Below, piece after piece: positions 48,417-61,412 of a DNA stretch of 64,000 nucleotides. The notes beneath the pieces were generated by a model. It worked only from the letters and a program-made list of their open reading frames with translations. It made no database searches and was not told the DNA's origin. The stretch lies in contig CP154954.1 of NCBI GenBank assembly GCA_039621445.1, positions 31,086,012 through 31,150,011 of the forward strand, in the 5' to 3' direction. Position 1 is the first letter of the stretch, and each line of letters opens with the position of its first letter. The DNA comes from Euglena gracilis (Eukaryota). The position numbers and the translations under genes are program-made.

Positions 48417-51400
48417 ACACTTTTTGGTCGGTGTGCGCATTTGCGCACATCAACCAAATTTTTAACTGCGCATTTGCGCACTCCGACCACCAGTTAAAAT
48501 TTTGGTTGATGTGCGCAAATGCGCACACCGACCAAAAAAATGTGTCTGAGTTGGTGTTGAAAAGAGCTGGTTTGCCCATTATTTTGCCTTAGAAAGGGTC
48601 TGTGAAGAGTCATACACACATGAAGGACTTACGTAAAATATTTCCGCCATTGAATTTTTTCCAATTTCCACTCCATTTTATCATGCGTTCGGTTTTGCAT
48701 TTCTGCTGTATTATGAGTAATCCAAATGGTTCTGAGTACCTGGGTTTTGAAATGAATGAAATTTGAAAATCAACCAGAATTCTATTTCTGTCAGGAGTAT
48801 GCTTAAGGAATTTCTTCACCAGCGTTCTGTGTGCATCACCGTACCCACGGAGAGGTGATTGTCATTTGATCACGTCTGGCACACCGTTCAATGATCCGCA
48901 CGATATGTACATTGGATGGTCGATGTGCGCATTTGTGCACATCAACCATTTTCTCCACAATTCAAGCGCAGGTTTGAGTCCCGATATCTGGCTGCGGCTG
49001 CTGCTGCGGAGTCGTCCTCGGCGGAGTCGGCCGGAGAGCGGCCCACTCGGCGCTCTCGCTGGGAGATGGTTCCCACAGGCCCTGCTGCTGAACATCCGGT
49101 GCGGCAACCTGTGGCACACCACCGGGCGGCGGTGACCAGCAGCAGCGTGGTGAGCAGTGGCACTGGCTGGTGGGGGGTCCACCTGCCGTCGGACCCCGTG
49201 GAGGAGTCCGACCGAGGACACCTTTCGTGAGCAGACATCCATTTCCAAACTTTTGATACACTTTTGATACACATCCCAGAAAAAAATTAAGGGGTCCTGG
49301 AATGCACATTCTGGTGCGAAACACCCCTGTAGAAGTGGTTTTTTCCAACTCGACAGGGTACCCGTTTTCATTTTCCAGTCCGGGGTGCAGTACTGGCATT
49401 GAAATCGCGCACTTCAGTTGGGGGTTGCGCGCCCAGAATCGACGGCATATAAACCCCGTCTAACGGTATTCTCCACCATGGTGTATTTCCAAATTCCAGA
49501 GTGGCACACATTCATTCCCCCTATTAGCCCAGACCTGTTTCCGTGTTGGGCGTCCGCTGTTGCGTTGGTTCATTTTCTGACTGGAAACCAAAAAAAATGG
49601 AATGTTTGTGTACATTTTCGGTGGGTTGGGTACTGGGGTTTTGGTGCACCTTCGCCCAGTTGATTCCGCTCACGCCGGAATGCATTCACAACTGCAGGAA
49701 CGCCGGTGCCATCTGGAATGAATGTCTGTCTGCAGGCCTGAGTACCATGGCCGAACCCGGGGGCCCTACCCTGGTTGAGGAGGAGAAGGTACAAGAGGAG
49801 CCAGGGGTCCCCGCGGAGGCCCCGGCGCAGGAGGCTGGCCAGGAACAAGACGAGCCTGCGGCGGCACAGCCGGCGAAAGCGAAGCCCCAGCAGGCCCCGG
49901 CGGTCCCGGAAGAACATCGGCCGGTGTCAGGACGACAGTGGACATGGAGGCCCTCAGCATCGACCACGACCTCCGGCTGGGCCAGATCTGGGCCCCGAAC
50001 AACAACGTCGTGGACGCCAAGGTCAAGCAGATCGAGCTGAACCCGCCCCGGGAGCCGTTCAAAGTGGTGCTGTGGAATGTTTGGCGTCATCATGTGCAGT
50101 GCTTTTCTGTACTGGTGATTGGTGTGCACATTTGCGCAAATGGTACACTTTTGGTTGATGTAGCATTTGCACAAATAGTATAGATGTGGATGATTGCATG
50201 TTTGATGGATATTTTGAATATACCGTGTGATGTTGTGATGTTCATTTACCTGTCCCTCACAGACGGGGACTACATCGTGCTGAGCGGACAGCACGATGTG
50301 TGTGCGCGCTGCGGCGACGAGGAGAAGCCTACGCGCAGCGCCTCCTGAACATCCCCTACGACTCAGGGGACTGTTTGGTTCTGTTTGGGTTGGTTTGCAG
50401 CCCCTCTCGTGCAAGATATTGTGCGTTCAGCCCCTCTCGCGTCTTGCCCCACTCATGACAGCCCCTCTCTACAGCTCCCTCTCGTGGCACCCTTGTGTAG
50501 ACCCCTCCTGTGCACCCCTCCCTTTCAAAACCCCTCTCATTCACCGGCCCGCAGCAAGCCCGCGAACTGCGGGATGCTGACCGCCACGACGGTGGACTGG
50601 GCGGCCTGAGCATCGCCCGCCGCCATCTGGCGGACAGGCAGTGGCGCCTCCGTCGCCAGGATGGTCGCTGACACCACCGTGCATTGGACACACGGGGCTG
50701 TTTGTGTGTCGTCTGGACTGGGGGGTGGGGGCCTAGCTGGCGGAGAGCAGCGACCCGCAGCAGCGGCTGGTGAACGCCTACCGAAAGTCCAGCTGGGACA
50801 GGACGATCCCGAAGGTGTGAAACCTCTCATTTCCCCTGGCTTATGAATGCGATATGTTTTTTTTGTTGGTCGGTGTGTGCATTTGCGCAAATGGTAGGAT
50901 ATGATGCTTAAAGATGGATTCGCGGGGTGAGAGATGATACAGGCATTTCGTTTTTCTGTGCATTTGGCATGCCGCCTCCCCTGTAGGCGGAGGTGATGAA
51001 GACCTGGGGCCCCCTGCAGCGCCTGGTGGAGGAGACGGTGGCGGCCGTGCCGGCGCTTGATGGCCGTGGAGAGCGCCCTGGCCGCCCGGGGCAAAGTGCT
51101 GCTGCCCAGCCACCTCCGCAGCCTGTGGGGACTGCCGACACCGACCGCCCGGAAGGCGGTGGTGGCCGCCTTGCAGCAGCCGGGGGTCGGCCATGGAGGA
51201 CGCCATCAACGCCGCCATCCACGACCAGTGGGTGGACTTCTGCTAGAGGAAGGACAACGACCAGCTGCCACCCGCAGATCGGTGTGCTGTCCTTTCCGGT
51301 ATTTTTTTTTAAAAGCTCTCCACCCTGTAAAATGAACCATCTTTTGTAATAGTCTGTGAAGGATGCCTCACCATCATCGTGTCATTCCCTTCATAATCAC

Positions 51401-52027
51401 TGTTCCCCACTCCCCGGTACTGCCCTCCTGCACAGTGGAGCAGGCGGAGGAGAAGGCTCGCTTCAAGCGGATGGTGCCGCTGCGGGCCATCCAGGTGCCA
51501 AGCCTGGGAAGCTGGACCTGGAGTCGGCAGGAGGAGCGACCCCCCATCAGCCTCGTGCTGGCTGGTGCCTCCTGGAACAAGGTGCAGTACGCGGAGCTGC
51601 GGGGCTCGTTCGCCAAGGTGGTGTTCCCGCCAGAGATCATCCAGAGGGGAGCCAGCCAGCTGATGGAGGTCGTCTGTCCGAGACCAGTGGAAGAAGCCCC
51701 CCGTCGGACCCTTCTGTACAAGGCGGGAGGGCAAGTGGCGGAAGAGGCGCTGAAAGCAGGGGTGGCGCTGGTACTGGTGGAGGCGTCCCCAGCAATGGGC
51801 TCAGCATTCAGTTTCACACGGTTTCAGGTTTCGTTCTAGACTGTCTCATTTGGAAACAGATCCCTGGACAGTGCATGCTCGTTTCCTACATTTGTTGATT
51901 TTGGTCGGTGTGCGCATTTTCGCAAATCAACACATATTTCATTCTGTTTCGGGGTTAACCGGGTAGTGCACAAGTTGCTGTCAATTGAGCAAAATAATTT
52001 TGGTCGCGCAAATGGTTCATTCACTGC

Positions 52028-52592
52028 CATACTTGTAGTTAGTAGTGCGCCGCGGCGCAAATTTTTTTTTTCCGCGGTGGTCGCGGCGCACAAGAAAATT
52101 TTTGCCGCGGCTGTCGCGGCACAAGCAAAATTCATTGCCGCGGTGGTCGCGGCGCAAGGGGAAAATTTTTCCGCGGTGGTTGCGGCGCAAAAAAAAATTT
52201 CTGCCCGGAAATCAAGAACGTTTATGTGGTGGTCTCGCTTGACATGGTGAAAGCTTATGTGAAAACAAACAGGAACGCTTGCACAAAAGATCACTCCCTG
52301 CCGCCAAATACCCTTCTCGGCCATGGTCGAGAATGTATCAAAGAGGCCAGGCAGGGGAAGGGGCCGAAGGAAGTATATGTGGGACACAATTTAAAAAGAC
52401 AATTGCCGCGGTGGTCGCGGCACAAACTTCAAAAGTTTCCGCGGCAGTCGCGGCGCACACATAAACCAGTGCCGCGGCATTCGCGGCGCACAGAAAATTT
52501 TTTGCCGCGGCGCTGCCGGTTACAAAAAAAATTTTCCGCGGTGGTCGCGGCGCACGGAAGCATTTTTTCCGGTCGCACTAACTGCAAGTATG
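52028..52592. mobile_element. hAT-type MITE with internal CCGCGG-NN-GTCGCGGC repeats
   Basis: TIR CATACTTG(T/C)AGTTAGT; perfect 8-bp TSD TTCACTGC (52020-52027 and 52593-52600). Confidence 0.92.
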
Positions 52593-52930
52593 TTCACTGC
52601 AGAGAATGATCAATGGCTGGCAAATCGAAAACTGAATCCTGCTGCCTCCTGTCCCACCAGGTACTGCAGGTGGCGAGGGACGCCCCGGTGGTTCGGGGAG
52701 GCGGGGGTGGTGGAGGTGGTTGGGCAGGACGTCCGCAGGGCGGCGGTGGGGAAGGAGGTGGCCCACGTGGAGGTGTGGGTGAGAAGGGGTCCCAGGGTGG
52801 CCCGGCAGATGGAGAAGAAGCCCATGCTGCTGCTGTTCAGTCCGGGGGACGTGGAGAGGGCCAGGGTGTGCAGCCCTCTCACCTCTCTGAACTAATGTGG
52901 TGAGCATGCAATTAGAATGTGCTGTTTTTA

Positions 52931-53182
52931 CCCCCCCCCCTAGTCGTATGACCGGGTTCCTGCAACCTGTGACCGGGGGGGGTCATAACACCCCCATAAC
53001 CTGCAACCTGTGACCGGGGGGTGGTCGTAAATGAGGTGGCGGTCATAGGTAAGGTGGTGTTAAATTTTTCGCAACCTGCAACCTGTGACCGGGGGGGGTG
53101 GTCATAACACCCCCATGACCTGCAACCTGTGACCGGGGGGTGGTCGTAAATGAGGGGTGGTCGTACGACTAGGGGGGGGGGG
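52931..53182. mobile_element. MITE with TA TSD and internal tandem repeats
   Basis: TA|C10-TAGTCGTA(T/C)GACC inverted at both ends; four copies of cctgcaacctgtgaccggggg. Confidence 0.85.
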
Positions 53183-53588
53183 TACCTTGCATTATCACAA
53201 ATATTGTTCATATGTTTTGGTCAGTGTGCGCAATTGCGCACGTCGACATATTTTTTAAAATATTTGTTGAGTGGTTCTCGCCCCGTCTCAGGTGCTGCCC
53301 CTCCTCATCTGGGACGTCGAGAGCTGTGGCGGGGAAAGTGTCCATTGCGTGGTGGTGGAGTGGCTGTGGAGACGGGTGTTGAGGAAGGAGGCCGCCAACG
53401 CCCTGCTGCTGCAGACGCAGGACGCCACCCTGGCCGCCCGTGTCTCCCTCTGGGGGACCAAGCCCCCGGAGGTCACCGTCGTGGTAGACCAGTCCCCCCT
53501 CACCGTCGACGAGGTGTCCCAGCAGGTGGCCCACGCCGTGGCGCTGCCCATGACGGTGCCGACGGTCATGCCGCCCCTGATGCTGAAC

Positions 53589-56500
53589 CATACATCTCTT
53601 TAAGGACCCCGAGGGGGGGGTTGCTGGGCTAGGGCTAGAAATTTGGGCTGGCTAGAAATTTGGGCTGGCTAGCCCGCCCCCCCCCGGGGGGGGGGGGGGG
53701 CTGGTCCCCGACCAAAGTGAAATGCGCCTCCGGCCGACAAAACGCAAGCAACAAGCTGGACACATAGCATGGGAGAGGTGTTCGTGCTATCATTGTTCAT
53801 GGGGGTCAGAATCGGAATGCGATCCGTCGTGCGAAATTTTCACACGCTTCGGAGCGGAGGTGAGATAGCGAGGCAAACGGAAATGGATTGGTGGTCCCTT
53901 CCCTCCTCCTTAGTGAAAGGGACCACCTGCGTGACCATTTCACATTGGTGCGAAGCATCTCCAGAATGGGTTTATAATTGTAGGCATGCCACGGAGTGCT
54001 GTCCAGGGCAACCAGCAGGAGAGACTCGACAGTGTCCGGAGTAGCGGCACGACAGTTTACGGCAGTATCCAAACAACAAGCAACCAAAAATAACAGCCAC
54101 ACCACCTGAAATTATGCAAATGTTAAAGAACCAACGTATCGCATCGCTAATTTGGTACAAGGCGTTGGCGCCTGGAGGATAATATAAGGCCGAGGCGCGA
54201 GAAAGCGCGCTCCACGGCACTGTTTGAGGGGGTGATGGCCAGAGCCATGCGAAGCACATAATGCATGTGCGGGAAAGTGGCTTTGTTGCATATGACCTTT
54301 TTCCGCTGTCTGGGAAAGGCCGGCCGCCTCCTGGACATTCCCAGAATAGAAGGCAAGCGAATCGGCAACAGGGTGGTCACAAGTTAACCAGAACACATTA
54401 ACTTTCTCCAAATCCGACTTGATGCCCTCCCAGTTGACGCCCAAGCTGACCAGCCGCGCGCGCCAGTGTTCGAAAAAATTCTCCACCTTCTCCGGGAGGT
54501 CGGTTTGGGGCCAGGTGCCGACATCCAGCCAGCCCAGCTGACTCAGGATGGACCGGTTTGCAAACCTCTCCTTCATTTCCTGCAGGATGACCTTCCGAAC
54601 TTTCGTCAAAATATCCAAGGCCCCCAGGTCCTTCTTCAACAAAATCTCCCTGTATTTTGTTGCGCTTCCATCCACAGATTTCATAGCACTTTTTGCTGCC
54701 CAATACCTTCCACCCTCAGCAACTGGCTCTTCCAAATACTTCTGCAGTTTCTGAATGGCTGCATCCCGACTGTGGAACCCAACGTCCTTTTCTTGGAGAA
54801 CTTTCTCTGCGTCTGCCACTGCGCTCATTATGTCAATGAGGCCCGCCACCAGAAGCACAAATTTTGTTGTTCGCCAATACTTCTGCACGTTTCCCCAATG
54901 ATCCACCTTCCCTTCAGCTGCCGGTTGATCCCGGCTTTTCAGCATGCTGTCGATGTGCGGGGTCATAGCTGGGTAGCCATCCAGCAGGGGCTGCAACAAT
55001 AGGTTCACTTCACATGAATTTGACCCACAGGTAACCCAGGGGTGAAACTGACCCACAGATGAAACCAACCAACCGAACCCAAACATGCAACCAACAGGTG
55101 CAACCAACCCCCACAGGTGGCACCAACCCACAGGTGCAACCAACGAAGTGGAGCTACGGATGCAACGCCGCCGTTGCACTTTGGGCCCAGCGTGTTGTAG
55201 AAAACGTTTTCAAAGTCTTTGGACACTGCAACTTGAGTTGCATTGATAATATTTCCGCTTTCCGGAAAACTTTGATGACAACTCGAACGGCCCCAATAAT
55301 GTCCCGCATAGGATCAGTTCGGAGTGCATGAACCACGGCACGTTCAATTTGATGACAGTCATCCACCCCAGGCAACAATTCGTGCAACCACCGCGAACGT
55401 ATATCCAATTGCATTTTTTGCATCACGCTGGCGCCGTCACTAGCAACCTGCAGCAGGTTGCGCATGCAGTCCGGAAGGAAGTTCAGATGGTCCTTTGCGC
55501 CATCGCCGAACCGCTCTTGCAGTTCGTCTCGCAGCCGGCGCCACTGCGCCTCCGCTCCGAACGGCTTCAAGCCGATGCGAAGGTATTGGGCGAAGTCCTG
55601 CTCGCTGAGGAAAACCATGCCGAGTGTCCGCAGAACGACTTCCCCAGTTTCGTCCACATGCCGCATGATGCACAGTTCTCCTTTTGTCTGGTAATTGCCC
55701 TTCGTATTGCCATCAATAAGTAATACCCAACCAGGTGTTTCCTTCAGTTGGGTCTTCGTGATGCTGATTTCGTGAGTGGCAAATAAAGACACGCAATTGC
55801 CGAACACATTGTGTCCATCACCTTGAAAAGTTCGTTCCCCAACTTCTTTTCCAGACAAGTCACAATAATTCGCGTACTGCACCCTCATGTGGTCATAGAA
55901 TCTACTGGATGGTGCCAACCGTTGAATCAAACTCAATGCCGTCCGCAATTCCAACCGCTGCCACACGTTTGTGTCCTCGTGCACGACCACCACGCCCCCC
56001 GCATCCACCTTGAACCCAAAAGGCCAGTCATCTCCATCTGGACGTGGCCCTCCCTCGGCGTGGAGCAACAATGCTCGTAGGCGTTCTTGTGGCCACTTCT
56101 TCAGCTGCCGCGCCCACGAGTAGGCATTGTTGTTCATGATTTCCAGCAACAAAATGCACAACAGCAAAAGTTTGGGTTAATTTGGCCTTTGAGCCATCAA
56201 AGGCTGCATGTTTCTTCAATCAAAATGCACAACAGCAAAAGTTCTGGTTAACCGGACCTTTTTGTCACATTGTCATGACAGGGACGCGCGCAAAAAAAAT
56301 GGAATGAAAGGTGCATTTTGGCCTTTGAGCCCTCAAAGGCTGCAACTTTCTTCACGGCACCCAAGATGCCGTAGTAGTCCACAGAGCGCGCAGTTGCAGC
56401 CGGGGCGTCATCGGCGGGAGGCACTTCTGCACCAGCATCTGCACCTTCTTCATTCGGCGGAGCATCTTCAGCAGCAGGCGCAACTGGTGGTACAGCAACA

Positions 56501-57032
56501 GGGGCGGGCTGTCCAGGTTGCAGGAACGTGGCCATCTGTTGCGCCGTGCGGCGTAGTGCCATCCGCTCGCGGTGACAACGCCAGGCTACAATATTGCAAG
56601 AGTTTTGGCAACTTCACACACCAGCCTACAACTTTGCAAGACATTGGGCAGGAGAAGAAAGATGCACACAATTCACAGCCGTTGCACCGCGTGTGCTTTG
56701 TTGCCTGTCTCCTTCCCCTTGCGGTGGGCAGCTACAGCAGGTCCATGCACCGGCAAGGGGAGTGGCAGCGGACACTTTTCTGCCCCCAACTAGAAAAATG
56801 TCCGTCTCCACATTCACAAAGACGTGCCATGTTGTGAGGTATGCGGGAAAAGCGGAAGAGCCTGCGAGAGGACGACAGTGCTAGAGCGAAAAAAAATGGG
56901 CTGGCTGGCTGGCTAGCAACACCCCCCCCCGGGGGGGGGTGCTGCTGCGGCTAGGCTGGGCCCAAATCGGGGCTGGCTGCAGCCGCCCCCCCCGGGGGGG
57001 GGGGGGTTCGCAAAACCTTAGAGAGATGTATG
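53589..57032 (-). mobile_element. hAT DNA transposon, 3444 bp
   Basis: 17-bp TIR CATACATCTCT(T/C)TAAGG; perfect 8-bp TSD TGCTGAAC (53581-53588 and 57033-57040); encodes a transposase. Confidence 0.96.
54112..56830 (-). CDS. hAT transposase (split by probable introns and frameshifts)
   Basis: LLIDGNT (D1), ASDGASVM (D2), DDCH, TTRW, and dimerisation domain ITPSNSAVERAFSRLGLILSSRRQRL (E). Confidence 0.9.
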
Positions 57033-57494
57033 TGCTGAACACCCTGGAGTCTGGGACGCCCTGTTGGTCCCGGTGGAGAATGCGGGCGTGCAGGACCGCC
57101 TGCGGCTGACGGAGGCCGAGAGCCAGCGCAGGGCCAAGGAGGTGGAGGACCGCAGGAAGGCGGCCCAGGAGAGGGAGAGGCTGAAAGGCCAGCAGCGAAG
57201 GAAGCGGGAGGCGAAGCCCAGTGGGGAAGAGGGGGAGAAGAAGAAGAAGAAGAAGAGAAAGAAGGCGGTGGATCCCAAGGCGGTGGAGCAGGCGGCGGTC
57301 ATTCCCTGGGAGTACCAAGATGAGGGGGAGGGGGAAGAGGGGGAGGTGGAGATGGCACCACCCGGCCAGCGCGACACCCCCACCCTCACCCACCGGACCA
57401 GCTCGCCGAGACCCCGGAGTCGCCAATCATCGTGCCCCCGGCGGCGGACCGCAGCCAGGCCATGCCTGTGGCTGAGGAGAACAACAGCAGCGAA

Positions 57495-57496
<2 letters not shown>

Positions 57497-57530
<34 letters not shown>
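57497..57530 (+). repeat. (GCA)n trinucleotide repeat (poly-Ala or poly-Gln depending on frame)
   Basis: Direct reading, inside an exon-like block. Confidence 0.9.
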
Positions 57531-57531
<1 letters not shown>

Positions 57532-57574
57532 CCGAGGAGTCCTCGGACGAGTCGGAAGCCGGGGCGGGTGAGCC

Positions 57575-60131
57575 TTAAGCGGCCGGATTCGCACTTAAGG
57601 TTTTTTTTGAAATGGCGCATTTGCGCAAATCAACAATTTTTTCGAAATTTCTTGGACCCTGTACCCTGACAGTCGGAAAACAGTTTATGAACAATGACAA
57701 TCCTCTATTGGAGGCGATTAACTCCAGGTGGTTTGGTATGCATGCTGCTTACCGAGTGACGCGAAGAGGGCCGAGGGCTCTCGTACATAAAACAGGTTGG
57801 AATCACACACCCACTGTTACGACTATTGGCACTGGTGTTGATGTGCTGACTGAACTGACTTGGATACTGACAGCCGCCCGTAAGAACACACGGAGCCTTA
57901 TTACATCACATACTACAGACTACGTCAGCCAGACGTCACGCAACTGATATGTGTTTATGCGCGCATTTGTGCAAATAAACACAACATGTTTATTTGCGCA
58001 TTGGCGCAAATAAAATGAAAAACATTGAAGGTAAAAATACATGTTTATGGGCGCATTTGCGCGCACCAACATCTTGGGGAAACTGGTATGTGGATGGTTT
58101 GTGCAATGGGAGACAACGAACAACATGCCCATGTTAAAACACACTGATGAGGACATTGGGTTTACAAAGCCTTTGAACGTGATAGGCGTGTTGGTGCGCG
58201 CATTTGCGTAAATAAACACAATTTTGTTGGCGCGCATTTGCACAAATGCGCAAATAAACATATAATTAATCACTTCAAAATAATGTGTTTGAGCGAGCCT
58301 CAGTGCATACAAACAAAATTTGCTTGTGCGCGCAAATGGGCGCACCAACACACATCAGTTGTGCGACACCATCTCCTCGTCCGTGACGGCTGGCAAACAC
58401 AACTCCTCACACCAACCATTGATTTGCACCACGGTTGCGTGGTGATGAAATTTGTGGTGAGAGGTAGTGCGTAATGTTCATTTGAACATGGCATCTGACT
58501 GGCCAAAATTTGCCTGCCTTATGTGTGCACATTTGCACTGCTGTTCCCCGGCCCACACGGCCGGTTGTTTTGGCATCATTCATTTGGCAGTAAGCGTAAT
58601 GAATTGATGACGTGCAACGACCTGCGACTGTTCAACGCTTTTTCTGCAACAGTGCTGCGTTACAAAAAGACAAAATTTGGCATGTGTCGGGCTGGAGTCC
58701 GTTTTCTGGTTATTCTCCACCATTTTCCCCTTGAAAAACGTAAAACACACCAGTTTTGCATAATTTGGGGGGAGCGAGTCCCACGGCTTTCATGCAACCA
58801 ATCCAGTCGTAAAGGTTCACCACTTCCTTGCACCCAAAATAACGGGTGTTTGAGGGCTACCTTTCTTAAGCTGTCGGTTGCCATGCACTGGCAACACGTC
58901 GTCCCCCCAGTCTCACTCCCCGGCTGTTGGAGGGCCAAATGAAGCCACTTTGTACGCCTCCATCGGTGGTTCATTTGCGCATTTGTGCGTATCACGTTGT
59001 TTGTGGGCGCAAATGCGCAAATGAACCAGATATAAATTGCGCTTTTTTTTCCATGTTGTTCATTTGTGCATTTGCGCCCACAAACAATGTGATGCGCGAA
59101 AATGCGCAAATGAACCACATCTGCTGCTGATGTTTGACAGTTGTGTTTTCGTCACACCCTTGCGCATTTGCGCCCACCAACACAAATTGTGTTGGTGGGC
59201 GCAAATGCGCGCATAAACATTGTTTTGTTTGTGCGCGCATTTGCACCCATAAGCTTGCGCCGTCGACAAACATTGTGACAAACCCCCCAAAATATATTTC
59301 TGGACGGCCTGCTGGTCCGCGCCGTCACGGCCCCTTTGTTACACTGTTTATCGACAGCGTAAGCTCATGGGCGCTAAAGCCCAAGCCTTGAAGAACAAAT
59401 TCGTGTTTATTTGCGCAAATGCGCGCACCAACACAATTATGCTGCTGCGTGCATTTGCGCAAATAAACACAATTTTGTCCTTCAAGGATTGGGCTTCTTC
59501 TGCCGGGTTCTTTGCCACAAAACTGGTTGTGCGAATCCCGGGTATACGTTGGGTTGTAGACCCCTGTCCCCTTCATTCCCTGTGGACCCTATTTCTTCCC
59601 CTCTGCGCATCCCTTGTCAAACAGCCCGCACTTACCTTCCTTTCCCTATGCCCTTCCCGCTGGCTTGGTCACACCACACTCACCCCCCCCCCCGGCACTT
59701 CCTCCCCATGCTTTAACAAACAACCCAAAAACTGCACACTGGCGTGCCGCAAGCAAAGCAGTCCGGCAAAAACCTAGGACGCACACCGCCGGCAGCTTGG
59801 GGACACCCGGGGAAACAGCCGAAAGGAGCAACAAGGGCAGCAAAGGTCCCGTTCCTCTGCCGCTTTTTTGTGTTTTCTTCACTTCCGGAGGGGAAGGTCC
59901 CGTGGGTTTCGACGTGCAAAGCCCATTTCCGGACCCTCCCCAAAACACCATTTTTAGCCAAAGTCCCAGGGGTCACACCGCCAAAAACAGAATTTTGCTC
60001 ATTTTTCGCACTCTCTCGTCACCATGTTTTCAAACCCCCCGGGGCCACACAGCTGAAATGAAAAATTTCGGAAATTTGCGCAAATGCGCAAATCAACATA
60101 AAAAAGCTTACGTGCGAATCCGGCCGCCTAA
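57575..60131. mobile_element. Non-autonomous TIR element, about 2.56 kb, rich in TGCGCA-NN-TGCGCA palindromes
   Basis: 26-bp TIR TTA(A/G)GCGGCCGGATTCGCAC(T/G)TAAG(G/C); TGAGCC on both flanks (57569-57574 and 60133-60138); interrupts an exon-like block. Confidence 0.85.
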
Positions 60132-61103
60132 ATGAGCCCGGTCCACCACCAGGAGAGGAGGAGGACTCCGAGATCGAACAGATCGCCCGACCCCCGCCCA
60201 ACCCCAAGTACCAGAAGAGGGGGGAGGGGGCGGAGCAGACGGAGGTGAAGGGGAAGGAGGTAGCAAAGAAGCAGCCCATGAAGGAACCGAAGAAGGCCCC
60301 GCCGGGGAAGGAGAAGTGGAGGCTGCTGGGGTTCACCAGACCCCCGGGCCCGGGCCCGGGGGAGGCGCTGAAGGGGCCCAAATCAGCGCAGCTGGTCTGG
60401 GAGATGAACGCTGCGCAGCAGCAGATGCAGCATGATGCAGCGGATGGGCCTGGGGGGTGGCGGCCAGCAGCACGGCGGCGTTTAAGGCTGCGACCGGGGC
60501 CGCCATGCCAGCGCGCAGTACAATGAAGCGCGGGCCGAAGCCACCGGCGGCGGCGTCACCGGCGGCTGCAGCGCTGGCGGCCGGCGCGGCACAGGCGGCC
60601 GAGACGCTCGCCAAGCGGCTCAGGCGCCACAAGGCGCCGCAGAAGTGCTGGTTCAGGATTGGGATCTATCTTCTGAATGATTTTTTTGAGTGAGGGGAAT
60701 TGGTAGTAAAGGAAAGCGATTGTACCATTTGTGCAAATGCGCACAATGACCAACGAAAATGTTGTATAGAGAATGTTGTATAGAGAATAGAGTGACCTGA
60801 AGGGAGGGGATTGCAGAGAAGTATTCAATTTCATTTGATTGCACGCATGTGTTGGACTGTTTGCGCATTTGCGCACATCGACACAAATTAAATTTGTAGA
60901 AATACTGAAGGGCATTCTGAAACTGTGTATGTTGCATATGTTGTGGCACAGTTCTCCAAAAAGCAGCAGTGCCAAATACACTTACAAAGAAAACTGTGTA
61001 CAAAATTCATACAAAGGAAGGAAGACCGACCCACTGACAGGGGGGCATCCCCTCAGCGGTATGCGCTGCGCGGCGCGTCAGGCGGTACAGCGGAAACCCT
61101 GAC

Positions 61104-61412
61104 CATACAATTTTTACCGACCCCCGGGGGGTCACTCCACTTTTTGAAAAACCAGTCAGTCACTTTTTTTCGGGAAACCAGTCAGTCACTACCCCCCCCC
61201 CGGGGGGTTCGGCCACTCTGGAATCCAAAAAAAAATTGACCAAAAACATGCAAAAAAGGCCAAAAAAATTCCGGCGCCGAAAGCTTTAATTATATTTTGC
61301 CGACCCCGCCCCGGGGGGGGGGGGTCCGGGCCAAAAACCAGTCAGTCACTCCGAAAAAACCAGTCACCCACCCCGGGGGGGGGGGGTCGACCAGTGCTTA
61401 AAAAGTTGTCTG
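61104..61412. mobile_element. hAT-type MITE
   Basis: TIR CA(T/G)ACAA(T/C)TTTT; perfect 8-bp TSD ACCCTGAC (61096-61103 and 61413-61420); internal aaaaccagtcagtcact repeats. Confidence 0.9.
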
